From positions 64,142 through 128,141 of the forward strand of contig CAKZLE010000018.1 in the NCBI GenBank assembly GCA_937125225.1: a DNA stretch of 64,000 nt, in the 5' to 3' direction. Below are positions 10,364 to 19,757 of this stretch, piece by piece. The stretch comes from an uncultured Spirochaetia bacterium (lineage in GTDB: Bacteria > Spirochaetota > Spirochaetia > CAKZLE01). Below the pieces are notes generated by a model. It saw nothing but the letters and a program-made list of their open reading frames with translations, did no database searches and had not been told where the DNA came from. The position numbers and the translations under genes are program-made. Each line of letters starts with the position of its first letter. Positions within the stretch are counted from its first letter, which is position 1.

Positions 10364-11752
10364 TCAGTCAAGAAGAGCTTTCATCTCTTTCTCTGCCCAA
10401 GCCATTGCTGCGTCTACATCCATACCCTCTTGGGTGATCTTATAGAGCATCTGAGGAATGATTTGCTGTGTTGTCACTTCAGTTGCAGCATTGATCTTCT
10501 TTCCATCAACAATACTGAAAGATACGATATCATTCATACCTTCACTGATCTCAGCCATCTTCTCTGGTCCATAATGTTTGAAGATTCCCTTAGGATCGTT
10601 CTGGTATCTTGCATTTGAAGCAATACCTTTGATGACAGGGTTCATTCCACCAGGAGCCATATGCAGGAAGGTGATATAGGCATTAGGAGTATAGAGGTAT
10701 CTGAGGAAATCAGCTGCAGCTTGTGTCTTTGCTTCATCTGGCTGATTGATCAATCCCATAGTTACTACAACACCATAACCAGCTGTCTCAGTATTTGTGA
10801 TTAGTGGCTGCATCTTGGTATGATCGACTAACTCAGGATCGAAATCCTTTCCTGCTAGATCTGAGAAGTTCTCTGCTGTCAGAGATCCTGCTGCTACTTC
10901 TGCAAGAGAGAGGTCGTCCATGATATAGGTTGAATAGAAGAACATCGCCATCTTACCCTGAAGGTAGTAATCTCTTGCTCTCCATGTCTGTGGTCCTGGA
11001 GGATTATATTTTGCAAGTTCTGCATAGAACTCTACAGCCTCTTTCATCTCAGGAGAGTTGAATATGAGGTTACCATCACTGTCGAACAATCTTGCACCAT
11101 TAGACATAGCAAATGGAGTGAAACACTGTTCCGCATAGTTCTCAGGTTTTGTTCCTACAAGGATACCATACTGATTCTCAGCTGGTTTGTAGAAATATTC
11201 TGCAGCTTTCTGAATATTCTCCCAGGTGTCAGGAGCCTCTAGACCAGCCTCTTCGAACCAGTCAGATCGGTACCAGATACCCTGTACCCAACCATGATAG
11301 GGAAGTGCATAGGGTTCACCATCTTCACTCTCAACGAGTTTCATAGCACCTTCATAGAATGAATCAGCACCGACTCTATCGATCAGAGCTTGAGTAGCAT
11401 CAACATTCATAAGTCCATCAACACCAAAGGCAACAGCATTCTCAGCACCGATCTCGATCATGGCTGGTAGGGTTCCTGCTGAAGATGCGGTCTGCAGTTG
11501 CGCAGCCATATCATTCTCATCCACGGGGATGAGTTTGATTGAAACATCTGGATTGAGTGCTTCATACGTATCGATCAATACCTGAATGGTAGCCTGACGG
11601 TCGGACTGAGTCTCTGTTGACCAGAATTCGAACGCTACAGGTCCTGTTGTCTCTTCAGTGACCATCTCTGTATCACCTTGAGCGAATACTGCGAAAGGTA
11701 CGAGTAACATAGTGATGAGCACTACTGTCATGATTCTTGACAGTCTTTTCAT
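10364..11752 (-). CDS. ABC transporter substrate-binding protein, family 1 (sugar-binding)
   Basis: Signal peptide, 462 aa, aromatic-rich periplasmic domain. Upstream of two sugar permeases. Confidence 0.8.
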   Translation of the reverse strand: MKRLSRIMTVVLITMLLVPFAVFAQGDTEMVTEETTGPVAFEFWSTETQSDRQATIQVLIDTYEALNPDVSIKLIPVDENDMAAQLQTASSAGTLPAMIEIGAENAVAFGVDGLMNVDATQALIDRVGADSFYEGAMKLVESEDGEPYALPYHGWVQGIWYRSDWFEEAGLEAPDTWENIQKAAEYFYKPAENQYGILVGTKPENYAEQCFTPFAMSNGARLFDSDGNLIFNSPEMKEAVEFYAELAKYNPPGPQTWRARDYYLQGKMAMFFYSTYIMDDLSLAEVAAGSLTAENFSDLAGKDFDPELVDHTKMQPLITNTETAGYGVVVTMGLINQPDEAKTQAAADFLRYLYTPNAYITFLHMAPGGMNPVIKGIASNARYQNDPKGIFKHYGPEKMAEISEGMNDIVSFSIVDGKKINAATEVTTQQIIPQMLYKITQEGMDVDAAMAWAEKEMKALLD

Positions 11753-11888
11753 GATAAACCTCCTTATGGTTTAACTATCAGTTGTAAGAAATGAGTGTAT
11801 TATGTTATATGCCTTAATGTTTCCTTCCAACCAATCCATAATTCATACGGGAATAGGGAAATTTCCCCGTATATCTTCTATTCTTCGA

Positions 11889-12881
11889 TCATCTTACAGA
11901 TGATCTTTCAACCAATTTCGGGGTGATGCTTATCTCATCATCCTCAACTGAGGTGAGTTTGCCAGATAAACGATCAAGGAGATAATTGACAGCCATCTCG
12001 CTCTTCTTCGTGACGAACTGTTTCATGGTGGTGAGTCCAAGTGTCTCTGCGATAGAGAGATCATCGAAGCCCATCACGCCAACATCCTGAGGTACGCGGA
12101 GGTCCCTCTCTCGTAAATAACGGTAGCCTCCAGCTGCCATATCATCACAACCATAGAAGATGACCTCTGGTCTATTCTTTAGTGACATGAGCCTCTCAGT
12201 CGCTTCATAACCGCCACTCGAAGATAGGGGAGCTCTTTGGTAATATTGTTCTTGAAGGGGCCTGCCTGCCTGTATTAGCGCAGAAGTGAAGCCCATATAT
12301 CTGTCATGGATATGTTCATCATCAGGTTCCCATCCTACAAAGGCTATATCCTTGTAGCCTCGAGAGACTAGGAATCTTGCAGCATCCTGTCCTCCGATGA
12401 AGTTGTTCGTACTTATCGATTTCTCATTCTCACAACGAGACTGCATGAGAACGACGGGTATATCAAGGTTCTTGAAGAACTGAGAACCCTCGTTATCAAG
12501 AAGTGAAGCACTGAAGATCAGGCCATCGACCTTATTAAGATAATCAAGGTGATTCGCAAAGTAGTGATGAACGTTCTGTCTCTTCTCAAGATTGAAGAGT
12601 AACAGTTGATAGGGAGTGCCCTGTAACTGTTTCTCTATAGCACTCATGAGGGTACAGGTGAAGAGTGATTGAGCATCAGAGAAGGTGAGACCAATGATCT
12701 GCTTGTTACGTTTGTGATGCTTCTTCAGAGTGAAATCACTTTTTTCGAGATGTTCTAATATAGCTTTTCTTGTTTCGGGATTGACTAACTCCGGATGGTT
12801 GATGACCCTAGAAATAGTGCTTGCACTGAAACCTGTACGTTTTGAAAGTTCTTTTACTGTGGGATTCCCTTGTTCACTCAT
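11889..12881 (-). CDS. LacI family transcriptional regulator
   Basis: HTH VKELSKRTGFSASTISRVIN and a PBP1 ligand-binding domain. Start set at ATG 12881 (MSEQGN...). The track's longer N-terminus translates the promoter/operator region. Confidence 0.8.
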   Translation of the reverse strand: MSEQGNPTVKELSKRTGFSASTISRVINHPELVNPETRKAILEHLEKSDFTLKKHHKRNKQIIGLTFSDAQSLFTCTLMSAIEKQLQGTPYQLLLFNLEKRQNVHHYFANHLDYLNKVDGLIFSASLLDNEGSQFFKNLDIPVVLMQSRCENEKSISTNNFIGGQDAARFLVSRGYKDIAFVGWEPDDEHIHDRYMGFTSALIQAGRPLQEQYYQRAPLSSSGGYEATERLMSLKNRPEVIFYGCDDMAAGGYRYLRERDLRVPQDVGVMGFDDLSIAETLGLTTMKQFVTKKSEMAVNYLLDRLSGKLTSVEDDEISITPKLVERSSVR

Positions 12882-12963
12882 ACAGGAACGATACCATCGA
12901 AAATGGAGGAAGTCAATAAAAAGTATGAAAGATTCATACAAAAAACAGTATAAAAGAATAGGA

Positions 12964-12996
12964 AGTTTCATTATAATAAATGAAACATTTCATAAG
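12964..12996. promoter_or_regulatory. candidate operator: overlapping inverted repeats GTTTCATT-N6-AATGAAAC and ATGAAA-CA-TTTCAT
   Basis: Located 85-115 nt upstream of the LacI start. The half-site TGAAA...TTTCA resembles LacI/CcpA-type sites. Confidence 0.3.
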
Positions 12997-13062
12997 ATTG
13001 CATGATAATCTCTCTGGTATTGTAATATGGAATCTTATAAGTATATGTGTATGAACGATTAA

Positions 13063-14238
13063 TTATAGTCTTATGGTCTTTAACCATTGAGTCATCTTAG
13101 CTTCAGTAGTCACCTTCAGGGTAGTATCTTGAAGTTTCTCTTCCCAGGTTCTTCGATATCGTTCATATGAGGTTTTCATCCCGATAGCTTTGCGATGTAT
13201 CTCATCGATGATTCTCACTGCTTCGGTTCTTGCCATCTTATCCTGAGTGGAATTCAAAAGTGTGTCGATACAGTACTCCTTCAGGGTCTCTGTATCTTTC
13301 AGGAATGGTCCGGGATAGGGTTCGAGGTCTAGACTCCCAAGAGGCTCGATCTTTTCGCAGGAATAGAGGAATCTACTGAAATCTGCGAGTAGGCGGTCTA
13401 TTTGATCTTTATGAGTCTTTCCCAGTTTCTTAGGAGGTAGGTGCACGATGGGAATATCTGAACAGAAGTACCAGTCTATATCGCGTGATATCGCATTCAA
13501 GACATAATCGAAATCTTCTCCACGACAGATGAACTCATCATGACAGATCTTAGCGATAAGGTCTCTCGTGAAGATCATGTTACCCCCGAATGCGATATGA
13601 GATCTATGCGGTTGTAGAGGTTCATTCATCGCCTTCGTGACTGCAAGATTGATCAGATGACCCTTTTTCAGGAAGGGGTTATGTTGTGCGACTGAATCAG
13701 CTGTTGTATCGAGCAGGTAGCCCCCTGCTTCATTGAGATAGGGCCCAGAGAGTCCCTTCATCAGGGGGACTGAGATCATATGGTCGTTGATCTTCTTGAG
13801 ATAATGTCTATCCTCTATGATCTCATCGTCATCGATAGCTACCACATATTCGCAATCGGCAAGGTAGGGGATGATGAGTTGTACATTCCTGATGCTACCA
13901 TAGGAGAATAATGAAAGTACAGGAAGGTCGAACTCTCTTTGGAGATGCTCTACCTCATCACTAGTCACCAGATAGATAGCCTGCCTTTGAGCATAGGGAA
14001 GTAGAAGATCCCTAACGATCTTTTTTGCGTTGCTTCTCAGTTCCCTATGTGTCACTGCAAGGATAACGAGGATCGAGAACTCCTGCGGTAGTTCACAGAG
14101 ACTGTTGATGGTCCTCTCCAATGTCTGAGGCCCTTCGAGTGGTGTAGGGTGGTCGAACGATCCGGTATCTGCCGGGTTCTCAGCAGTTCCATTGTCTCCC
14201 CAGTAGGTGGGTACGGTAATCCAGGTAGTTGTTCTCAT
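13063..14238 (-). CDS. hypothetical protein, possibly a GT-A-fold glycosyltransferase
   Basis: ITVPTY near the N-terminus and an acidic VVAIDDDEI (DXD-like) motif. No confident family assignment by eye. Confidence 0.3.
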   Translation of the reverse strand: MRTTTWITVPTYWGDNGTAENPADTGSFDHPTPLEGPQTLERTINSLCELPQEFSILVILAVTHRELRSNAKKIVRDLLLPYAQRQAIYLVTSDEVEHLQREFDLPVLSLFSYGSIRNVQLIIPYLADCEYVVAIDDDEIIEDRHYLKKINDHMISVPLMKGLSGPYLNEAGGYLLDTTADSVAQHNPFLKKGHLINLAVTKAMNEPLQPHRSHIAFGGNMIFTRDLIAKICHDEFICRGEDFDYVLNAISRDIDWYFCSDIPIVHLPPKKLGKTHKDQIDRLLADFSRFLYSCEKIEPLGSLDLEPYPGPFLKDTETLKEYCIDTLLNSTQDKMARTEAVRIIDEIHRKAIGMKTSYERYRRTWEEKLQDTTLKVTTEAKMTQWLKTIRL

Positions 14239-14331
14239 AAGTGGTCTCCATTAAGTGTCTCTTACCATTCATCCTACACCGGTGTACCCGTATCTCATAG
14301 GTATATGTATGGAAAGATGTGGAAAATCTGT

Positions 14332-15237
14332 TTAGCCAGGTAGCTCTTTAGAATCCTTCTTACAGATCATTTCAGGTCTGAACTCAGGGACTGGTCCTCT
14401 ATAGGGGATGCCTCTGCTCTCTATATGTGGTCTCTTATAGTATACGATCGCCTGAACCGGACAGTAGTTATAGCAGCGAAGACAGAGCATACAGTTTCCT
14501 TGCGCAGTGATCTTCTCATCAATATCTAAGAGGTTGCCAGCAGAACAGATCTTCACACAGCGCATACACCTCGTACACTTGTCATGATCGATCGTTATGT
14601 CGTTCTGAAGCCTCTTGTAGCCTAATCTAAAGGGGCCTCTTTGGATGATCCCAAGCATGAAGGATCCGAGGGTATGCCCCTGTCTTTTTGGAGTTGCTGA
14701 AAAGAGCCTCTTGGTAAAACGAGCGATCTTCTTCTCTGCCCGAAGTAGCTTCTTATCGATCTTTTTCCGATCATTGGTAGAGGATATCGGGAAGACGGTG
14801 ACACTGATGTTATTCGGCATGATCAGATGGACGGCTGAGAAGATGGGCCAACCCTTAGCCTTCAACTCTTTTTTATAGACATAGCCACCATCTCCTGAGT
14901 AGATGAGTTGTGTGCAGAATGTGAACAATCTGATACGTACTGAATCAGTCTCGGGAAGGACCTCATCGATGAAGATCTTCATGGGTTCCGGGAGATCTGA
15001 TCCATAGATCGGGTATCCGATCCCGATGATATCTACCGCTGCAATGATCCTTTCGACCTCTGCTCTAGTAACCTGTTCGATACTCGAGCAGGAGACCTCA
15101 TTCCCGGTAGCGATCAATCTTTCTTCTATTTTTTTAGTACACCACCAGGTGTTACCGGTTCCTGAGAAGTAGAAGATGTGGATTCTATGGGTGATCTTCA
15201 TGTAGGAATTGTACTCCCGTTTGGTGATGATAAGCAA
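14332..15237 (-). CDS. flavodoxin-like domain fused to a 2x[4Fe-4S] ferredoxin domain (EFR1-type)
   Basis: FYFSGTGNTWW flavodoxin signature. C-terminal CTRCMRCVKIC and CMLCLRCYNYCP cysteine clusters. Confidence 0.7.
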   Translation of the reverse strand: MLIITKREYNSYMKITHRIHIFYFSGTGNTWWCTKKIEERLIATGNEVSCSSIEQVTRAEVERIIAAVDIIGIGYPIYGSDLPEPMKIFIDEVLPETDSVRIRLFTFCTQLIYSGDGGYVYKKELKAKGWPIFSAVHLIMPNNISVTVFPISSTNDRKKIDKKLLRAEKKIARFTKRLFSATPKRQGHTLGSFMLGIIQRGPFRLGYKRLQNDITIDHDKCTRCMRCVKICSAGNLLDIDEKITAQGNCMLCLRCYNYCPVQAIVYYKRPHIESRGIPYRGPVPEFRPEMICKKDSKELPG

Positions 15238-15397
15238 TGATCTACCGAGTAAACAGTTTTTTCAATTACTATTTGACATATGGCTAGTTTGATTCAATAA
15301 TGGTGAGTGCAACAATTTAAACTTATGCAAATTAAATCATCTTGATGATTTTACTAACAACATACTTGAGCTTTGATACATCCCTGTGTGTCCTAGC

Positions 15398-16606
15398 TCA
15401 TTTTTTTCGTCCTACCCAAACCGTATCAATAGCCTTGTAGAATACTCTCTGTCCATCATTCCGCTCTTCATAACCTCTCTGTCTGAGTCTTCTGATCTGC
15501 ATCTTCGTCAAATCATCAATATCATCATATTGCCTATCAATCACTTCGAAACAACTCCAGCTATAGTCTTTGAGGATAGAAGTGATACGCTTTGGAGGTG
15601 TTGAGAGTCTTCTTGATTCGGGGACTGGATCAAAATAACTCGTCTTGATATACCCAGCTCTTTCGACCTTGGCACAGACTATCTCTGATAGTCCCATATA
15701 GGAGTCAAAGATCCAGAGTTGCAGGTCTGTGTGTCCTGAATACTGGTGCCTCTTCTCATCCCAACTAGTATAGATCCTGTCGAGACCCTGAAGGATCTCC
15801 TTTCGATAGTGACGAGGGATGAACTTCTCTGGATTGCTGACCCAGGGATGGATCGTCATCTTTGCTGAGATATCACCATAGGTATCGAGTAGCTCGAGGG
15901 GAGGTTCACTACTGGACTCGTACCAGTCTCTTATCCTGATAGCTATCTCTTCTGTGGTCGGTAGATTCAACGATCTCAGAAGGGCTGTAGAACAGATGAT
16001 GATATGGGGAAGACTGATGAGAAGTAGGACCAGCTCCTTTTCCGTCTGGTAGGTGATCATCGTATGGTAGATGATCACTAGAAGGGTGGTGATACTGATC
16101 AATCGAAGGGTCACACGATTGGTAAGAGGATAGGATATCATCAGAACTGAAGTGATGAGTGGTAAGATCCTGAACCAGATGAAATCAGGTCCATACCAAG
16201 CATCAATGGAGAACATGGCAACGAACCCGAGTACGATCATCAATAGGTTCGTGACCTTGAAAGTGATCCCACTCTTCTGATTGTCCCCTTCGAAGATCTC
16301 ATAACACAAGCCTAAGAGGATGATCAAAAAGAGTATCGTATCGATGATGAAGATCCTTTGATGGTAATAGCTGTTGATCCCAATCAGTGTGATGATCACT
16401 AATGCGCTTGTGAGGGCATAGAGGCGATATCCGAAGAAGGGCAAGAATATGAGAATGGTAGAACTCATGAGGATGATCAGCGGGATCACTGCGGCTCTGT
16501 TCGCTGCTTCGATCTCTGGAATTGGCTCGATCAAGGTTCCTAAGACAAGACCTAGTAACACCGCGTACAGGAGCCAGCGATCAAGCAGTTTCTCGAACAA
16601 CCTCAT
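15398..16606 (-). CDS. polytopic inner-membrane protein with ~190-aa cytoplasmic C-terminal domain, unknown function
   Basis: About 6 hydrophobic helices then a hydrophilic domain. Start overlaps the stop of the upstream gene by 12 nt, implying translational coupling. Confidence 0.5.
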   Translation of the reverse strand: MRLFEKLLDRWLLYAVLLGLVLGTLIEPIPEIEAANRAAVIPLIILMSSTILIFLPFFGYRLYALTSALVIITLIGINSYYHQRIFIIDTILFLIILLGLCYEIFEGDNQKSGITFKVTNLLMIVLGFVAMFSIDAWYGPDFIWFRILPLITSVLMISYPLTNRVTLRLISITTLLVIIYHTMITYQTEKELVLLLISLPHIIICSTALLRSLNLPTTEEIAIRIRDWYESSSEPPLELLDTYGDISAKMTIHPWVSNPEKFIPRHYRKEILQGLDRIYTSWDEKRHQYSGHTDLQLWIFDSYMGLSEIVCAKVERAGYIKTSYFDPVPESRRLSTPPKRITSILKDYSWSCFEVIDRQYDDIDDLTKMQIRRLRQRGYEERNDGQRVFYKAIDTVWVGRKK

Positions 16607-16616
16607 GGTCCTCCTT

Positions 16617-17792
16617 TCAATAGATATAAATTATGCCTATCATACAGGCAAGAGAAGTCCAGTTCTCCGTTTCATTGGACCAGGAGAAGGTGTCATCTGA
16701 GTCTCCTGCCTGTCCTATGAGATATCCTAGTAGTGAGAAGCCCTGAAAGACATTCCAACTTCCTCCTGCCGTGATCTGTGCAGAACCGTCGATAGGTGAG
16801 ATGATGGATCTCACAGAGATCGATGTCGTATCAGAGGGGGTGAAGCTGATCTCCGGATAGAGGAGTATCCCATATTGTGCATCAGCGGTAGAACTCTCAG
16901 ACCAGTTCTCGAAAGGTTGGATCAGACTCTCCAATCTCAAAGAGAGGGTCCTCACCGAGTCGAACTGGGTAAGATAGAACAGTCCTGCGGTGATATCGAA
17001 GGAATCTTGGAGGGTCTCGGTAACACTCGACCCATCTGCAGGTAGCTGTAGTGCTCCGGTAATATACCAGTCTGCCTCGATATTACCCTGTAGCCCCGCA
17101 TAGAACTGGTGGTAGGCAGCATCTCCTCCCTTATACATATACCCTGTCTCTAATTTCAACGAATCCAAGGTAGTATATATTCTCCCACCAGCTGAGGTAT
17201 GGGTTAGCTCTTCGAGTAGTTCATCAGTAGGAGGGAGAACGATCGCCTCGAAGAAGGAGAATCGTCCTAATGGGATATTCACAGCGGCAAGCCATGCTGT
17301 ATCAGTCCTGATCTCTGAGGAGGTCAGGTCCACTGCAGCACTCACACTATCGAAGAGGATATCTCCGGCATTGAATACGAAGCCATCACCCCAACTGAGT
17401 CTTGTCTTTCCCGCTGTGAGTCTGAACTCAGGGAATCGGGCCTTGATATAGGCCTTATCGAGTGAGAGCAGAGGGTAGATATATTCCTGGCCGGTTCCTG
17501 CGAACAGGGGGTTAGGGTAGTTAAGACCTAAAGAGATCTCGCTCTTCACATTCTTGTTCCCTGAGGATTTGTAGGCGAGTTGAGCTGTCCCACTCACAGC
17601 AGCAGCCCACTTGAGTTCATTGGCTGCATCACGTGTTCTCAATACGGAATTGAACAGTGAATAGTCCATAGTGAGAGTTCCCTCGGCAAAGAGCGCAGAG
17701 GAAATGGAGATCAGTAGTACTAAAAGAAGCAGACTCTTTTTCACTTTTTCGCTCCTACCAGGATAGTTCATCGAGAGAGAATAGATCATCAT
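16617..17792 (-). CDS. secreted protein, candidate outer-membrane beta-barrel
   Basis: Signal peptide (LLLLVLLISISSALFA), alternating hydrophobic patterning, and a C-terminal IGIIYIY aromatic terminus typical of outer-membrane barrels. Confidence 0.45.
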   Translation of the reverse strand: MMIYSLSMNYPGRSEKVKKSLLLLVLLISISSALFAEGTLTMDYSLFNSVLRTRDAANELKWAAAVSGTAQLAYKSSGNKNVKSEISLGLNYPNPLFAGTGQEYIYPLLSLDKAYIKARFPEFRLTAGKTRLSWGDGFVFNAGDILFDSVSAAVDLTSSEIRTDTAWLAAVNIPLGRFSFFEAIVLPPTDELLEELTHTSAGGRIYTTLDSLKLETGYMYKGGDAAYHQFYAGLQGNIEADWYITGALQLPADGSSVTETLQDSFDITAGLFYLTQFDSVRTLSLRLESLIQPFENWSESSTADAQYGILLYPEISFTPSDTTSISVRSIISPIDGSAQITAGGSWNVFQGFSLLGYLIGQAGDSDDTFSWSNETENWTSLACMIGIIYIY

Positions 17793-18501
17793 CGATCCTG
17801 ATGTTCACCTCGAGTTCATCAAGGATCATGATCGTCTCTGTGTCTGTCTTCATCTTATCTGAGATCCGAGTCTCTGTGGCGACTTCAATACCTGAGAGGG
17901 TCCCAACAGAAAGGGTCTCCATCTCTTTGAGCAGTCTTCCCGATTTCGTATAGTATTCAGCTCTCATCACGATGAAGTTCTCTTTATCTATCCAAACGAT
18001 CTCTTTTGGATAGGGGACTGATCTCGTCTTAGCCGTGAGGGTCAGGACATGGCAATCACGCCCGAAGACCAGCTCACTGTCCTCTTCGAGTACGATATCA
18101 TATTGTGATAGACGATCCTTACCACCGGTCATATCCTCATAGGATATATCAGAACCGAGCATCCCTTGTCTCAAGGCAGAGCCCTGCATCCTGATGAGTT
18201 CTTCTGCATCAGGGTAGTAGAGATAGATAGAATCTTCTGTCCTCAATACCTTCTGGCCCCTCTCTGCGACGCTGGTGAACTCTATGAGAGACTCATCAGC
18301 CCCTTTTGACCAGGCATCGAAGGTGCTGACCTTCGTGCCGAACCGGTCCTTGATCTTGAACTGTCCTGATGATCTCGAAGAATCATAGGTCTGCCGTTCA
18401 TCGGCTTCTCTCATGATCTGCTCCGCTGTCATCGCACTGAGGGTGGTAGCGATGCAGAGCATCACGATCATTATCATTAGTGGTCTTCTCTTTATTTTCA
18501 T
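17755..18501 (-). CDS. LolA-like periplasmic protein (outer membrane lipoprotein-sorting protein family)
   Basis: Signal peptide, ~250 aa, and the LGSDISYEDMTGG motif I recognise from the DUF1571/LolA_like family. Sits directly downstream of the FtsX permeases. Confidence 0.65.
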   Translation of the reverse strand: MKIKRRPLMIMIVMLCIATTLSAMTAEQIMREADERQTYDSSRSSGQFKIKDRFGTKVSTFDAWSKGADESLIEFTSVAERGQKVLRTEDSIYLYYPDAEELIRMQGSALRQGMLGSDISYEDMTGGKDRLSQYDIVLEEDSELVFGRDCHVLTLTAKTRSVPYPKEIVWIDKENFIVMRAEYYTKSGRLLKEMETLSVGTLSGIEVATETRISDKMKTDTETIMILDELEVNIRIDDDLFSLDELSW

Positions 18502-18511
18502 GCTGTACCTC

Positions 18512-19750
18512 TTAAATATACCGAAGAGCTTCTACGGGCTCTATCTTTGCTGCTTTCTTCGATGGGATCATCGATGCCAATGATGCGATGAGGACCGAAT
18601 AGAAGAATACGAAGATCGATAGGGGAATATTCACCTCAGGATAGAGGATCGAGGAGATCTCAAAATCCATACCGGACATGGCATCGGTAAAATCTATTCC
18701 GACCCTACCGAGTATCTCGGTGATCACCACCCCGAAGGTCACCCCTATGAATGATCCGATCGTAGCGATGACTACCCCTTCTAAGAAGAAGAGTCTGACG
18801 AGTTCCTTTCCATGCATCCCCAATGCTGAAAGGGTCCCGATCTCACGCATCCTCTCGAAGATCACCATCATCGTGGTGTTTATGATGACAGTCGATCCTA
18901 GCAGGAAGAAGAATATTCCGACGAAGTAGTAGACGTTCTGGGCAAGCTTGAGCAGGCTGAACATCATATTGATGTCCTTCCAAGAGTCTACTGCAAAGGT
19001 TGTCCCAGTCTCTTTGAGGAGAGCCTCCTCGATGATCGGGATCAAACGTTTCTCCTTCACATCCTCATCTGTCTTGATTAGGACACTCTGTACACCGGTA
19101 TCCATTCTCAGGAAGTACTGGGCCCTATCGAGAGGTATCCAGAATACTGCGGAGTTCATATTGGTCACCGGAAAAGAGGCGATACCGACTATCTCCATGG
19201 TGATGGCGTTAGTCCCTCGAGATGCAGTGGTCGAGAGCATCGTGACTCTGTCACCGATCTCAAGTTTCAGATCATGAGCAAGGGTCCCACCCATGATGAT
19301 CTCATTCTTTCCATCCTCCGGGAGTCTCCCCTCATAGACGATATTCTCTACATCATGGTATGCCGCCTCATCTGCGAAGTCCACCCCGACACCAATGGCG
19401 CCGTGGTTTGTCTCATCAATATAGAGGCTTACAGGGAATTGGGTTCGTGCGACAACCGCAGAGATTCCTTCGATATCTTCCAAGGCTGGCTTCACATCTT
19501 CCCAGTCGACCATGAGATGGATCGGATTGAACCTCTCAAATTCTGCATAGTCCTCATGCTGGATCTGAATATTACCCGTATAGTAGTTCTTCAGGTTATA
19601 GGCCATATCATTGGTCATACCGGTGATGAGGGCAAATAACATGACGATACTCATGGCAGCGACAGCGATAGCGGTGGCTGAGAGTATGGTCCTTCTCTTG
19701 TTTCGTGAAATATTACGTAATGCTGTATGTAGCAGTCTCTTGTTCATCAT
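18512..19750 (-). CDS. ABC transporter permease, FtsX/MacB/LolC-E type
   Basis: N-terminal TM, large periplasmic domain, three C-terminal TMs. 412 aa. Confidence 0.8.
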   Translation of the reverse strand: MMNKRLLHTALRNISRNKRRTILSATAIAVAAMSIVMLFALITGMTNDMAYNLKNYYTGNIQIQHEDYAEFERFNPIHLMVDWEDVKPALEDIEGISAVVARTQFPVSLYIDETNHGAIGVGVDFADEAAYHDVENIVYEGRLPEDGKNEIIMGGTLAHDLKLEIGDRVTMLSTTASRGTNAITMEIVGIASFPVTNMNSAVFWIPLDRAQYFLRMDTGVQSVLIKTDEDVKEKRLIPIIEEALLKETGTTFAVDSWKDINMMFSLLKLAQNVYYFVGIFFFLLGSTVIINTTMMVIFERMREIGTLSALGMHGKELVRLFFLEGVVIATIGSFIGVTFGVVITEILGRVGIDFTDAMSGMDFEISSILYPEVNIPLSIFVFFYSVLIASLASMIPSKKAAKIEPVEALRYI

Positions 19751-19757
19751 TCCCTCC

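Noticed and set aside
11889-12971. Long N-terminal extension of the LacI ORF (also gltX 46942, panB 27622, ATPase 52828, ATPase 61407, HAD 1293)
   Set aside because: Track starts use the most upstream start codon. Internal ATG or TTG codons with good RBS and typical family N-termini are preferred, and the extensions overlap upstream genes or operators.
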